A DNA stretch of 20,000 nucleotides from an uncultured virus (IMG/VR IMGVR_UViG_3300037493_001250). Its lineage: Duplodnaviria > Heunggongvirae > Uroviricota > Caudoviricetes. How positions within the stretch are numbered: the first letter of the stretch is position 1; each line of letters opens with the position of its first letter. The notes under the pieces were generated by a model. It was given only the letters and a program-made list of their open reading frames with translations. It searched no databases and had not been told where the DNA came from. The translations under genes and the position numbers were made by a program. Shown piece after piece: positions 1 through 6,361 of this stretch. The stretch lies in the IMG/VR virus record IMGVR_UViG_3300037493_001250; one strand, written 5' to 3'.

Positions 1-153
1 CGTTGATATACGTATTTTGTCAACACTTGTGTTGTCATGTTCTTTTAAGAACTCTAAAAATACTTTTGGCTCGACATCATTACTGCGAGCAAGAGAGATA
101 ATCTCACGTAGTACGGGAATGCTATAGGTTAGCATTGTTGTTGTTGATTCCAT
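1..153 (-). CDS. hypothetical early protein, 3' truncated by window edge (MESTTTMLTYSIPVLREIISLARSNDVEPKVFLEFLKEHD...)
   Basis: ATG at 153 with A-rich leader; frame open to position 1; manually translated. Confidence 0.7.
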   Translation of the reverse strand, partial: MESTTTMLTYSIPVLREIISLARSNDVEPKVFLEFLKEHDNTSVDKIRIST

Positions 154-157
154 AATT

Positions 158-298
158 TTAGTTGTTTAATTTTTTAGTTAATACTTTAGTTTTGTTGTAT
201 TGACTAGCAATACCTTTAGCCTGTTGTTGGCTAGTTGTTGTGTAAATTAATGCCCAAAGATTGAATCGCCCTTGTGCATAGACATAGTACGTTTTCAT
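158..298 (-). CDS. 46 aa hypothetical protein (MKTYYVYAQGRFNLWALIY...)
   Basis: Manual translation; A-rich leader; stop 4 nt before next ATG. Confidence 0.65.
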   Translation of the reverse strand: MKTYYVYAQGRFNLWALIYTTTSQQQAKGIASQYNKTKVLTKKLNN

Positions 299-317
299 TT
301 TTTTAAGTTGTTAATAA

Positions 318-401
318 TTATTTTACGATATGTTCAGCGAAATAAGCCAGCGCATACACAATGATGGCAGCACATAGCAGTTCTTTTTTAGTTAGTTTCA
401 T
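318..401 (-). CDS. 27 aa single-TM peptide (MKLTKKELLCAAIIVYALAYFAEHIVK)
   Basis: Manual translation; basic N-terminus plus hydrophobic core; A-rich leader. Confidence 0.55.
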   Translation of the reverse strand: MKLTKKELLCAAIIVYALAYFAEHIVK

Positions 402-1096
402 AATTGTATTGGTTGTTTAGTGGATGTGGATATTGTCGGTTAATCCATTGCACGCATTTAACGACATTGCGCACCCATTACCCTTCGTATTTCAACTTGC
501 ACACTAGATTGGGTCACTTAAGCAAGTTATAACATATATACACACGCTCACATTTAAGCGTGTATAGTTGAATAGATAAAAGTTGTATTGATTTTTAAAC
601 GCATAATTGCGTTAGCATTATTAGTCCATCCCGTTAATCGTACCGATACTCTCGCATTGCGCCTATTAACCCTGCTTTATGGACACACTACATAACTAAT
701 AGCAGTGGGGAAACCGTAAGTTTGCCAAATTGCGAAAATAACAAGACACATATTGCTTGTATTAATACGGCTTATTGTGTTTCACGTATATGAATACTAC
801 ACACACAATATTTTTAGTAATATACATAAATTGCATATTACATAGCATTGCTATAAAAATAGATATAATTGCATAGCATAGCTACATACAAAAATACTAA
901 TTTATAAACTTGTCAAAGTACGAAACAAAATAATAAGCACGGCTTAATTATATTTTGCCCTAAAATACATACAGTTTGCACGGCATTGACTGTATATAAG
1001 TTTGAAAACTGCAAATATTCGATATTTGCGCACCTCTATTTGCAAGGCACTAAGCAGTTTTATATGTGTCTAATAAATTGGACACATTCCTGGTTT

Positions 1097-1474
1097 TTAC
1101 TTGCTTATGCTATAAAGATATTGCAAAAGGTAAAAAGGTGAGTAATTACCTTTTTTAGACTTACGGCAGTTATTAACGGCAAGTTTGTATGCTTCGCTAT
1201 CTTTGTTGATAGCTTGCAAGTTTTTAACCATAAGAGGCGAAAGTTTAAGTATGTTGGTATTGTTTATTAATACCTTAATACAATAACCCAAAGTTTTACT
1301 CTCTTGCTTTAAAATTGCGTTACTATCTAATACTTGTAACTTGTAGTTACTTTCTTTCTTAGTAACTTCAATTTTACTGCTTACTTGCTTTAAGTTGTTA
1401 GCAGTTGCTTTGGTTGGTTTGTTGTTTGCAATGTTAGCACCTTGTGCCTTAGTTGCTTTCTTGTTGTTTTTCAT
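1097..1474 (-). CDS. Lys/Asn-rich hypothetical protein, first gene after the leftward promoter
   Basis: 125 aa ORF directly downstream of the promoter at 1515-1545. Confidence 0.8.
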   Translation of the reverse strand: MKNNKKATKAQGANIANNKPTKATANNLKQVSSKIEVTKKESNYKLQVLDSNAILKQESKTLGYCIKVLINNTNILKLSPLMVKNLQAINKDSEAYKLAVNNCRKSKKGNYSPFYLLQYLYSISK

Positions 1475-1514
1475 GTTATGTATATATGTATGTGTTGTGT
1501 CTTATTGACGGGGA

Positions 1515-1545
1515 CAAAATTAGTATATAATGTATTGCAGTCAAG
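1515..1545 (-). promoter_or_regulatory. Bacteroidota sigma-A type promoter (CTTG-N19-TAATTTTG)
   Basis: Matches the -33/-7 consensus TTG...TAnnTTTG. Confidence 0.75.
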
Positions 1546-1555
1546 AAATATTTTT

Positions 1556-1591
1556 ATGATTAAAATCATGTTTTTTTATGATGTAGATCAG
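1556..1591. promoter_or_regulatory. two CRP/FNR-like boxes (ATGAT-TAAA-ATCAT; ATGAT-GTAG-ATCAG), 22 bp apart
   Basis: TGAT-N4-ATCA palindromic core, twice, in helical phase. Confidence 0.5.
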
Positions 1592-1604
1592 CTTTTTAAA
1601 TACT

Positions 1605-1726
1605 ATTAAGAAACAAACTAAATAAGCGGAAATTGCAAAGTGCATGTAATTTAGAATCATTCTGGATAAGGTATGTACTATCAAAGCTTTAAACTTTACT
1701 TATTCTTATTTAGACTAAATACAGAT
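1605..1726. promoter_or_regulatory. three Fur-box-like 19-mers (1605-1623, 1649-1667, 1708-1726)
   Basis: 14/19, 16/19 and 13/19 identity to palindrome ATTTAGAATTATTCTAAAT (flavobacterial Fur box as recalled); each followed by AAG. Confidence 0.5.
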
Positions 1727-1748
1727 AAGAGTATGTTATTCCCTCCTC

Positions 1749-1764
1749 TGTTCCACGTGAAACA
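1749..1764. promoter_or_regulatory. parS: parS centromere site TGTTCCACGTGAAACA
   Basis: Exact match to the chromosomal parS consensus TGTTNCACGTGAAACA. Confidence 0.8.
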
Positions 1765-1822
1765 ATACCAAAAATATAGCAAGTTTTATTTTTAAACTTT
1801 TGATATATAGCAAGATACAAAA

Positions 1823-1840
1823 CTAACTAACGTTTGTTAG
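1823..1840. promoter_or_regulatory. 18 bp near-perfect palindrome CTAACTAAC/GTTTGTTAG (TetR-operator-like)
   Basis: Inverted repeat with 1 mismatch. Confidence 0.4.
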
Positions 1841-2048
1841 GTTAAGGTAGTGGGTGGGAGTAGAAGGCGGGGTGTCTATTTTATTGGACAGTTTTAGTGC
1901 TGATCGGTAGGGGTTACCACTAACTTAGACACTAAATAAGATAAATTTTGGTTTAGGTATTACCCCAGGGAGGGGGTTAAAAGGGGGTATATTCTGTGTA
2001 ATACGCATATAATACCGTAAATATGGGTATATATGGTAAATATATGAA

Positions 2049-2274
2049 ATGTTCCACGGTTGATAATGAGGTAGTTAGTAAAAATAGCCCCGACAAAACA
2101 CTTTTGGGGTGTGGTAATATGTTCCACGGTAATATATATTAGATACAGGCACTACTGCGGGCGGAATGCCGACTGAGGTTGTAAAGCTATAGGTTTACTA
2201 ATAGAAAACTTTTGTAAAGCTATGTCTTTACGTTTGTACCTTATAGGGTGTAGCAGGCACTTTGTGGGGTGTGG
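2049..2274 (+). repeat. cluster of short direct repeats
   Basis: ATGTTCCACGGT (2049, 2119), TGGGGTGTGG (2105, 2265), CAGGCACT (2146, 2254), TTGTAAAGCTAT (2179, 2212). Confidence 0.7.
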
Positions 2275-2278
2275 GCAT

Positions 2279-2302
2279 AAAAAAACCACCCGTAGGTGGC
2301 TT
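2279..2302 (-). terminator. intrinsic terminator of the minus-strand operon
   Basis: AAGCCACC-TACG-GGTGG followed by T7 on the minus strand, just after the stop at 2306. Confidence 0.85.
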
Positions 2303-2305
2303 GAT

Positions 2306-2518
2306 TTAATCTTTTTCTCCGTATACCTCTTCGTAGTACTCCTCTGCTGTCATGTCTTGTCCATCATCAAGGTAGTCACTTACGAACTGGCATACTTCTT
2401 CTTTGTGCATTGCTTTGGCTTGTTCAATAGTTTCTTTGAATATCTCATTAATGTAACTATATGATTCTTCAAATTGCTCTGCTAACCATTCTACGCTACT
2501 TTGATTTTTGTTGCTCAT
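2306..2518 (-). CDS. 70 aa phage protein (MSNKNQSSVEWLAEQ...EQAKAMHKEE)
   Basis: Start moved to ATG 2518, which overlaps the upstream stop (ATGA); motif type common in Bacteroidota phages. Confidence 0.8.
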   Translation of the reverse strand: MSNKNQSSVEWLAEQFEESYSYINEIFKETIEQAKAMHKEEVCQFVSDYLDDGQDMTAEEYYEEVYGEKD

Positions 2519-2823
2519 ATTGTTTTTGTTGTTTCGTATTGGTGTAAGAATCCTCCTATTATTTCTATTAGTGGCTCGTTTAGCCATTCTGGGTTGCCGC
2601 CATGGTAAAGTATGCAATGCCCTAACTCATGGTAGAATGTAGCCTCTATTATTGTTTGCTTGTACTTTCTCCAACCCTTCTCTGTCTTGTACCTTGTTGC
2701 TAGTATAATCGTATTATCCCAAGATATAAACCTGCCAAAACATTCGTTCTCATTGCAGTACTTGTTATCGTACTTTACGGTTATCGTCTGCCCTAGCATT
2801 TTGAAAGATGATGGTATAATCAT
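2515..2823 (-). CDS. small HExxH zincin-like metallopeptidase
   Basis: TFYHELGHCIL motif with downstream NE. Confidence 0.75.
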   Translation of the reverse strand: MIIPSSFKMLGQTITVKYDNKYCNENECFGRFISWDNTIILATRYKTEKGWRKYKQTIIEATFYHELGHCILYHGGNPEWLNEPLIEIIGGFLHQYETTKTI

Positions 2824-2824
2824 A

Positions 2825-2914
2825 TTACTGCATTTTATTTAAAAAATAATACCATAATGATACAACTTTTGGTCTAATAAGCTCGTAAATTAACCAAATT
2901 AATACGTATTTCAT
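2825..2914 (-). CDS. 29 aa hydrophobic peptide (MKYVLIWLIYELIRPKVVSLWYYFLNKMQ)
   Basis: Fills the gap; ATGA coupling to the upstream gene. Confidence 0.65.
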   Translation of the reverse strand: MKYVLIWLIYELIRPKVVSLWYYFLNKMQ

Positions 2915-3237
2915 AACTTTATTCTGTAGTCTAAATGTATGTTGTCCTCATCCATCATGTTGTTACAGGCATTTATATTGAGCTTGTAAAATGATTCCCT
3001 TGGAATATCCATTAATGAAAACATCTTCTCCACATTGCAGATCGTTGGCCTGTCCTCGTAAACCAAACACTTGTTATCCCTATCTAGCATCTCACACTTG
3101 CCAAGATCATTATAACCATACGGAAAGTGCATCTCATCATCTTCAGGAAGATCATTCAATCCCCATGATTCAACAATGTTACCTATCCTATGACAACACG
3201 CTCCACATCCTGTGCATGGGTAACTTGTTTCTTCCAT
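2911..3237 (-). CDS. YkgJ-family CxxCxxCC zinc/Fe-S cluster protein
   Basis: CTGCGACC and C-x2-L...KCLVYEDRPTIC motifs. Confidence 0.85.
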   Translation of the reverse strand: MEETSYPCTGCGACCHRIGNIVESWGLNDLPEDDEMHFPYGYNDLGKCEMLDRDNKCLVYEDRPTICNVEKMFSLMDIPRESFYKLNINACNNMMDEDNIHLDYRIKL

Positions 3238-3252
3238 ATCTTTAATTCTTTG

Positions 3253-3379
3253 CAGTCAGAATCCGATTCGAACGGATACCTATTATTGGATTTCTCCTAA
3301 GTATGAGGTGTGCTTACGATTATAGTTTCAAATCTTTATCACTCCATCCTATAGCGTCTACCATTTCCGCCACCTGACT
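3253..3379 (-). ncRNA. 127 nt tRNA-Leu-like RNA with an enlarged non-canonical anticodon domain
   Basis: Acceptor AGTCAGG/TCTGACT, D arm TG-GCGGAAATGGTAGACGC, T arm ATCCG-TTCGAAT-CGGAT, GGA-GAAA-TCC variable-arm-like hairpin; no 7 nt anticodon loop. Confidence 0.75.
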
Positions 3380-3382
3380 GTA

Positions 3383-3467
3383 TTTAATTAATAGGCATTA
3401 ATGTACTATGTTGGGACTTAACCTCACTTCTTCCATATATTTACTACTTTATCTCCTATTAATTAAA
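3383..3467. repeat. 13 bp perfect inverted repeat TTTAATTAATAGG / CCTATTAATTAAA
   Basis: Arms at 3383-3395 and 3455-3467. Confidence 0.7.
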
Positions 3468-3472
3468 ATGTT

Positions 3473-3643
3473 TTATTCTCTTGAAAAAATTGATTTTATT
3501 GTATCATGATGCCATCCTGCCGCATATAACATACTTTCTATCATTTCAGTCATGTCATTTATATTTACATCTGATGTCTCGCAAGATATTGTTATCGTCT
3601 TGCCGTGCTGTGTTAGCGATAATATTGTTGGTTGTGGATTCAT
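3473..3643 (-). CDS. 56 aa hypothetical protein (MNPQPTILSLTQHGKTITISCETSDV...)
   Basis: Manual translation; ATG 5 nt after the TACATTTG box at 3649-3656. Confidence 0.75.
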   Translation of the reverse strand: MNPQPTILSLTQHGKTITISCETSDVNINDMTEMIESMLYAAGWHHDTIKSIFSRE

Positions 3644-3648
3644 AGATG

Positions 3649-3710
3649 CAAATGTATTACAATTTATTTATTATACAAGTCTTTTTATTAATTTATTTTT
3701 TTTATATTTG
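3649..3710. promoter_or_regulatory. divergent promoter pair (TACATTTG minus 3649-3656; TATATTTG plus 3703-3710)
   Basis: TAnnTTTG boxes facing divergent ORFs; GTATTAC at 3654-3660. Confidence 0.65.
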
Positions 3711-3713
3711 AAT

Positions 3714-3827
3714 ATGACTGATGAACAAATTAAAGAAATCGAAGATAGACTAGAACAGCTTGAGAAAGAACAAGCTAACTTGGAACTAGATATCGACACA
3801 ATTCTTAAAAGATTATCTTGCAATTAA
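3714..3827 (+). CDS. 37 aa coiled-coil peptide (MTDEQIKEIEDRLEQLEKEQ...)
   Basis: Internal ATG of the listed 3552..3827 ORF, right after the promoter; heptad pattern. Confidence 0.65.
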   Translation: MTDEQIKEIEDRLEQLEKEQANLELDIDTILKRLSCN

Positions 3828-3848
3828 TATTATTACGTATTACATTTG
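3817..3848 (+). promoter_or_regulatory. promoter CTTG-N20-TACATTTG with TATTAC-GTATTAC boxes
   Basis: Consensus match. Confidence 0.75.
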
Positions 3849-3852
3849 AATT

Positions 3853-4041
3853 ATGAAACTACCAAACTATACAACAATGTCTATCGTCAACCTAAAAGAC
3901 GTTAAAATATCACTTATTCATTTCCTAGACAGTGATGACTACGGTGTTCTTTCCCAATATAGCTGGGGTGAGCAACTTGCAGTACGCCAAGAGTTTAAAG
4001 CAGCAGAAACATTGTACAATAAATTAATTAAAGAAGCATGA
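3853..4041 (+). CDS. hypothetical protein
   Basis: 62 aa ORF after promoter; ATGA-coupled to the next gene. Confidence 0.75.
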   Translation: MKLPNYTTMSIVNLKDVKISLIHFLDSDDYGVLSQYSWGEQLAVRQEFKAAETLYNKLIKEA

Positions 4042-4241
4042 TAATAAATGATGTAATATCAGAACTTCGTGATATGGATGGTGATGCAGAACTATATGTT
4101 ATGCTCCCTAATAATACTGGTATATTCCACTTTACGAGTGTCGAGATGACTGATGTGCTTGAAACTGATGAAGGGAAAACAATCTATTGTATTATTCCTT
4201 TTGAGCCTGAACAGAAACCGTTCATAGTTAACTACAACTAG
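4038..4241 (+). CDS. acidic hypothetical protein
   Basis: 67 aa ORF, ATGA overlap. Confidence 0.75.
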   Translation: MIINDVISELRDMDGDAELYVMLPNNTGIFHFTSVEMTDVLETDEGKTIYCIIPFEPEQKPFIVNYN

Positions 4242-4585
4242 TAGTCTTCTTTAAACAAGCACACCTCTAGTATCGGATTGCCTACTAAATGGTCATCTAG
4301 TTCACTGATGTCTGTTATGTCTATACACCTGTACTCTATTCCACAAACTCTTACGTACTCACCTATCTTTGGTGCATGAAACTTATCTGTCTTAAATATG
4401 ATCGTGTACTTGCTCAGTGCAATGTCTCCTAATAACGGAAACCTGCGTTCTATTGCCTCAGTAAAACAAGCCTTCTTCTTTGCCTTAATAGAAAATACAA
4501 ATTCGTAATAGTCTATCGCATAGTTTAGACCCTTTACCATAAAATAAGCCGCAAAAAATAGCAGCAGTAATAATAATAAATTCAT
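4238..4585 (-). CDS. hypothetical protein with N-terminal membrane anchor
   Basis: 115 aa; MNLLLLLLLFFAAYFMV hydrophobic N-terminus. Confidence 0.7.
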   Translation of the reverse strand: MNLLLLLLLFFAAYFMVKGLNYAIDYYEFVFSIKAKKKACFTEAIERRFPLLGDIALSKYTIIFKTDKFHAPKIGEYVRVCGIEYRCIDITDISELDDHLVGNPILEVCLFKEDY

Positions 4586-4599
4586 GTAACCTGTTTTTA

Positions 4600-4672
4600 G
4601 TCGGGGGCAGGAAGTCGAATCCCATCTTTACCACCTAATGCGGTATGTGCTGCCGTTAACACTACTACCCGA
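4600..4672 (-). tRNA. degenerate tRNA with UUA at the anticodon position
   Basis: D arm GTGT-TAACGGCA-GCAC; anticodon arm TACCG-CATTAGG-TGGTA; T loop TTCGACT; acceptor stem only 5 bp (TCGGG/CCCGA); A at position 33. Confidence 0.6.
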
Positions 4673-4681
4673 TATTTTATG

Positions 4682-4713
4682 CAAATGTAATACTTGTAAT
4701 ACTATTTTACAAG
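4682..4713 (-). promoter_or_regulatory. promoter CTTG-N20-TACATTTG with tandem GTATTAC boxes, upstream of the degenerate tRNA
   Basis: Consensus match; GTAATAC at 4687-4693 and 4696-4702. Confidence 0.75.
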
Positions 4714-4905
4714 TTTATTAATGCCAAATGTTTTATTTTCACAAATATTTATTTGGTCAGTCAAGAAGTGTCTAACTATACCACCCTCGCATAGTATTAC
4801 CGTAAACACATCATTCTCTAATGTGCCTGAACTTTCCACATACCATACGTATCCATCCCCTAAAGGAGTTACACAAGGTACTGGCTTATTAAATTCGTGT
4901 ATCAA
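4702..4905 (-). CDS. small phage protein (TTG start)
   Basis: 67 aa; TTGA overlap with the upstream stop; VTPLGDGY...ENDVFTV. Confidence 0.7.
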   Translation of the reverse strand: MIHEFNKPVPCVTPLGDGYVWYVESSGTLENDVFTVILCEGGIVRHFLTDQINICENKTFGINKLVK

Positions 4906-5168
4906 CTACACCCCCATCGCTTCAAGGCTGCACCTTTTCTAGTTAACTCACCATTCTTACTAGTTGGCCCTTGCATACCTCCCATTCGGGCACAAAAAGA
5001 TTTCTTTCTGCCTTTGTCAGCTGCTGTCTTAGGATTAGGTGCTGGAGCTTTTAAATTAGAGCCAGTTTCACGGTTGTACTTTGCACGACCCTTAGCTGTC
5101 AAGCCTGCTCCCTTACTTATAGGTAGCTTTTCTCCTCGACCAACACTTAGGTTTACACTTTTTGCCAT
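4902..5168 (-). CDS. small basic phage protein, DUF6321-like
   Basis: GLTAKGRAKYN...GSNLKAP...RKKSFCARM...LKRWGC motif recognised from memory. Confidence 0.75.
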   Translation of the reverse strand: MAKSVNLSVGRGEKLPISKGAGLTAKGRAKYNRETGSNLKAPAPNPKTAADKGRKKSFCARMGGMQGPTSKNGELTRKGAALKRWGCS

Positions 5169-5335
5169 TACTTCTTAGACTTAGCTTGAATCTTCTTGTC
5201 TTGCATTAACATAGCCTTTGTAGGCTTCTTAGGAGTAGCTCCTGTCTTTTTGTTCTTTGCAGCCTTCTCCCTGATATTGTCGTAAAGTCCTTTAGGTGAG
5301 GTAGAACCGTCTTTGCGTTTCATCATTTGTGCCAT
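5168..5335 (-). CDS. 55 aa Lys-rich protein (MAQMMKRKDGSTSPKGLYDNIREKAAK...)
   Basis: Manual translation; TAATG coupling to the downstream gene. Confidence 0.8.
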   Translation of the reverse strand: MAQMMKRKDGSTSPKGLYDNIREKAAKNKKTGATPKKPTKAMLMQDKKIQAKSKK

Positions 5336-5340
5336 AATAT

Positions 5341-5823
5341 TTATCTTCTTTTAATTGGTATTTTTTTGCTTATTGCTTCTTGGACTTGAGAATCAGAATA
5401 GTATCCTGGCCTTAACCCCGTTTCCTTCATAAACTCTCTGCCTTGTTTAAGCTTTGTTTCACCAGATGGTTTTTTTGCTTCAGTTTTTTGAGGCACAGGC
5501 TTAACTTGTTCTTTTTTTACAGGTCTATAAATTGGTGTTTCAACTGGTTTTGGAAAATTACCAAAATATTCGAAAGTACCCTTATATTGTACAGTAGTTG
5601 GAGCAATTCCTGTTTTTTCATCTTTCCATTCTTTTTTTTCTTTCTTTGTAGTTAGCCTTGTTTTAGAATTAGGGATTTTTGTATCCCATTTATTATGTAA
5701 ACTTAAGCTATCACCATACGATTTTTTTGCCTGCGAATATTCAGCGGAGTCAGTATATTCACGAGTTTTAACTTTATCTACAGGAGTATTACTAGGTTTA
5801 TTATTTTTGATTACTTTTTTCAT
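5341..5823 (-). CDS. Lys-rich hypothetical protein
   Basis: 160 aa ORF in operon. Confidence 0.75.
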   Translation of the reverse strand: MKKVIKNNKPSNTPVDKVKTREYTDSAEYSQAKKSYGDSLSLHNKWDTKIPNSKTRLTTKKEKKEWKDEKTGIAPTTVQYKGTFEYFGNFPKPVETPIYRPVKKEQVKPVPQKTEAKKPSGETKLKQGREFMKETGLRPGYYSDSQVQEAISKKIPIKRR

Positions 5824-6008
5824 TTCTTTTTTGCTTTTGAATAACTGATTGCTACTGCCTGCTTTACTTTTGCTTGCTTAGGAGTAATTCCCTCCTTCTT
5901 TGCAATAGTCTTTATTGCCTTTGCACGGGCAGCACTTGGCTTTGACATAGATAATTCACGCACATTAGCGGATATTACTTTCGAACTTGAACCTTTCTTT
6001 AGTGGCAT
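5820..6008 (-). CDS. small basic phage protein (MPLKKG...VISAN...KQAVAISYS family)
   Basis: Motif pair common in environmental phages. Confidence 0.8.
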   Translation of the reverse strand: MPLKKGSSSKVISANVRELSMSKPSAARAKAIKTIAKKEGITPKQAKVKQAVAISYSKAKKK

Positions 6009-6022
6009 AAAATACTGTTTAT

Positions 6023-6361
6023 TTACAAATTTAACGATTTTTTTCTATTTTCTTTAGCCCATTCTGCACAAAATGCGTATATGTCAAATATATCTTCTCC
6101 GAAAGACATTGCAAACATATTAAAATGCCCTAGGTTAACAGTCCTATGGTGCAGGCTTACCTCTAAGTTCCGTACAAAACATCTGCTAAACCTTACATCA
6201 TACTCATCGTTTATCTTTTTTATCCACCCTGATATAGACATACCATTAGTGTGTATCCTGTCTCTAAGGTACGCAGCAAGGGCAGGATAGGCATAGTCTT
6301 CACCAAGAATAAAGCTTTTACGGGCCTCAATAGTCTTCTTATTAAATTGTAACCTACTCAT
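6023..6361 (-). CDS. hypothetical protein, possibly HTH
   Basis: 112 aa ORF in operon; weak HTH-like pattern. Confidence 0.65.
   Translation of the reverse strand: MSRLQFNKKTIEARKSFILGEDYAYPALAAYLRDRIHTNGMSISGWIKKINDEYDVRFSRCFVRNLEVSLHHRTVNLGHFNMFAMSFGEDIFDIYAFCAEWAKENRKKSLNL

Noticed and set aside
1550..2275. CRISPR or mini-array
   Set aside because: Repeats are 12 bp or shorter or degenerate, of several kinds and irregularly spaced; no cas genes
2222..3245. Plus-strand ORFs 2222..2464, 2660..2842, 2991..3245
   Set aside because: Antisense shadows of a translationally coupled minus-strand operon with recognisable motifs
3253..3379. tmRNA or intron-containing tRNA
   Set aside because: Has a D stem, lacks the Ala G3-U70 and tag features, and the insert is too short for a self-splicing intron
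3552..3713. N-terminal extension of ORF 3552..3827
   Set aside because: Overlaps the minus-strand 56 aa gene and the divergent promoters; ATG 3714 is the better start
4636..4638. Stop-codon reassignment suggested by the UUA anticodon
   Set aside because: Long genes are intact in code 11, and TAA, TAG and TGA all end genes at coupled junctions
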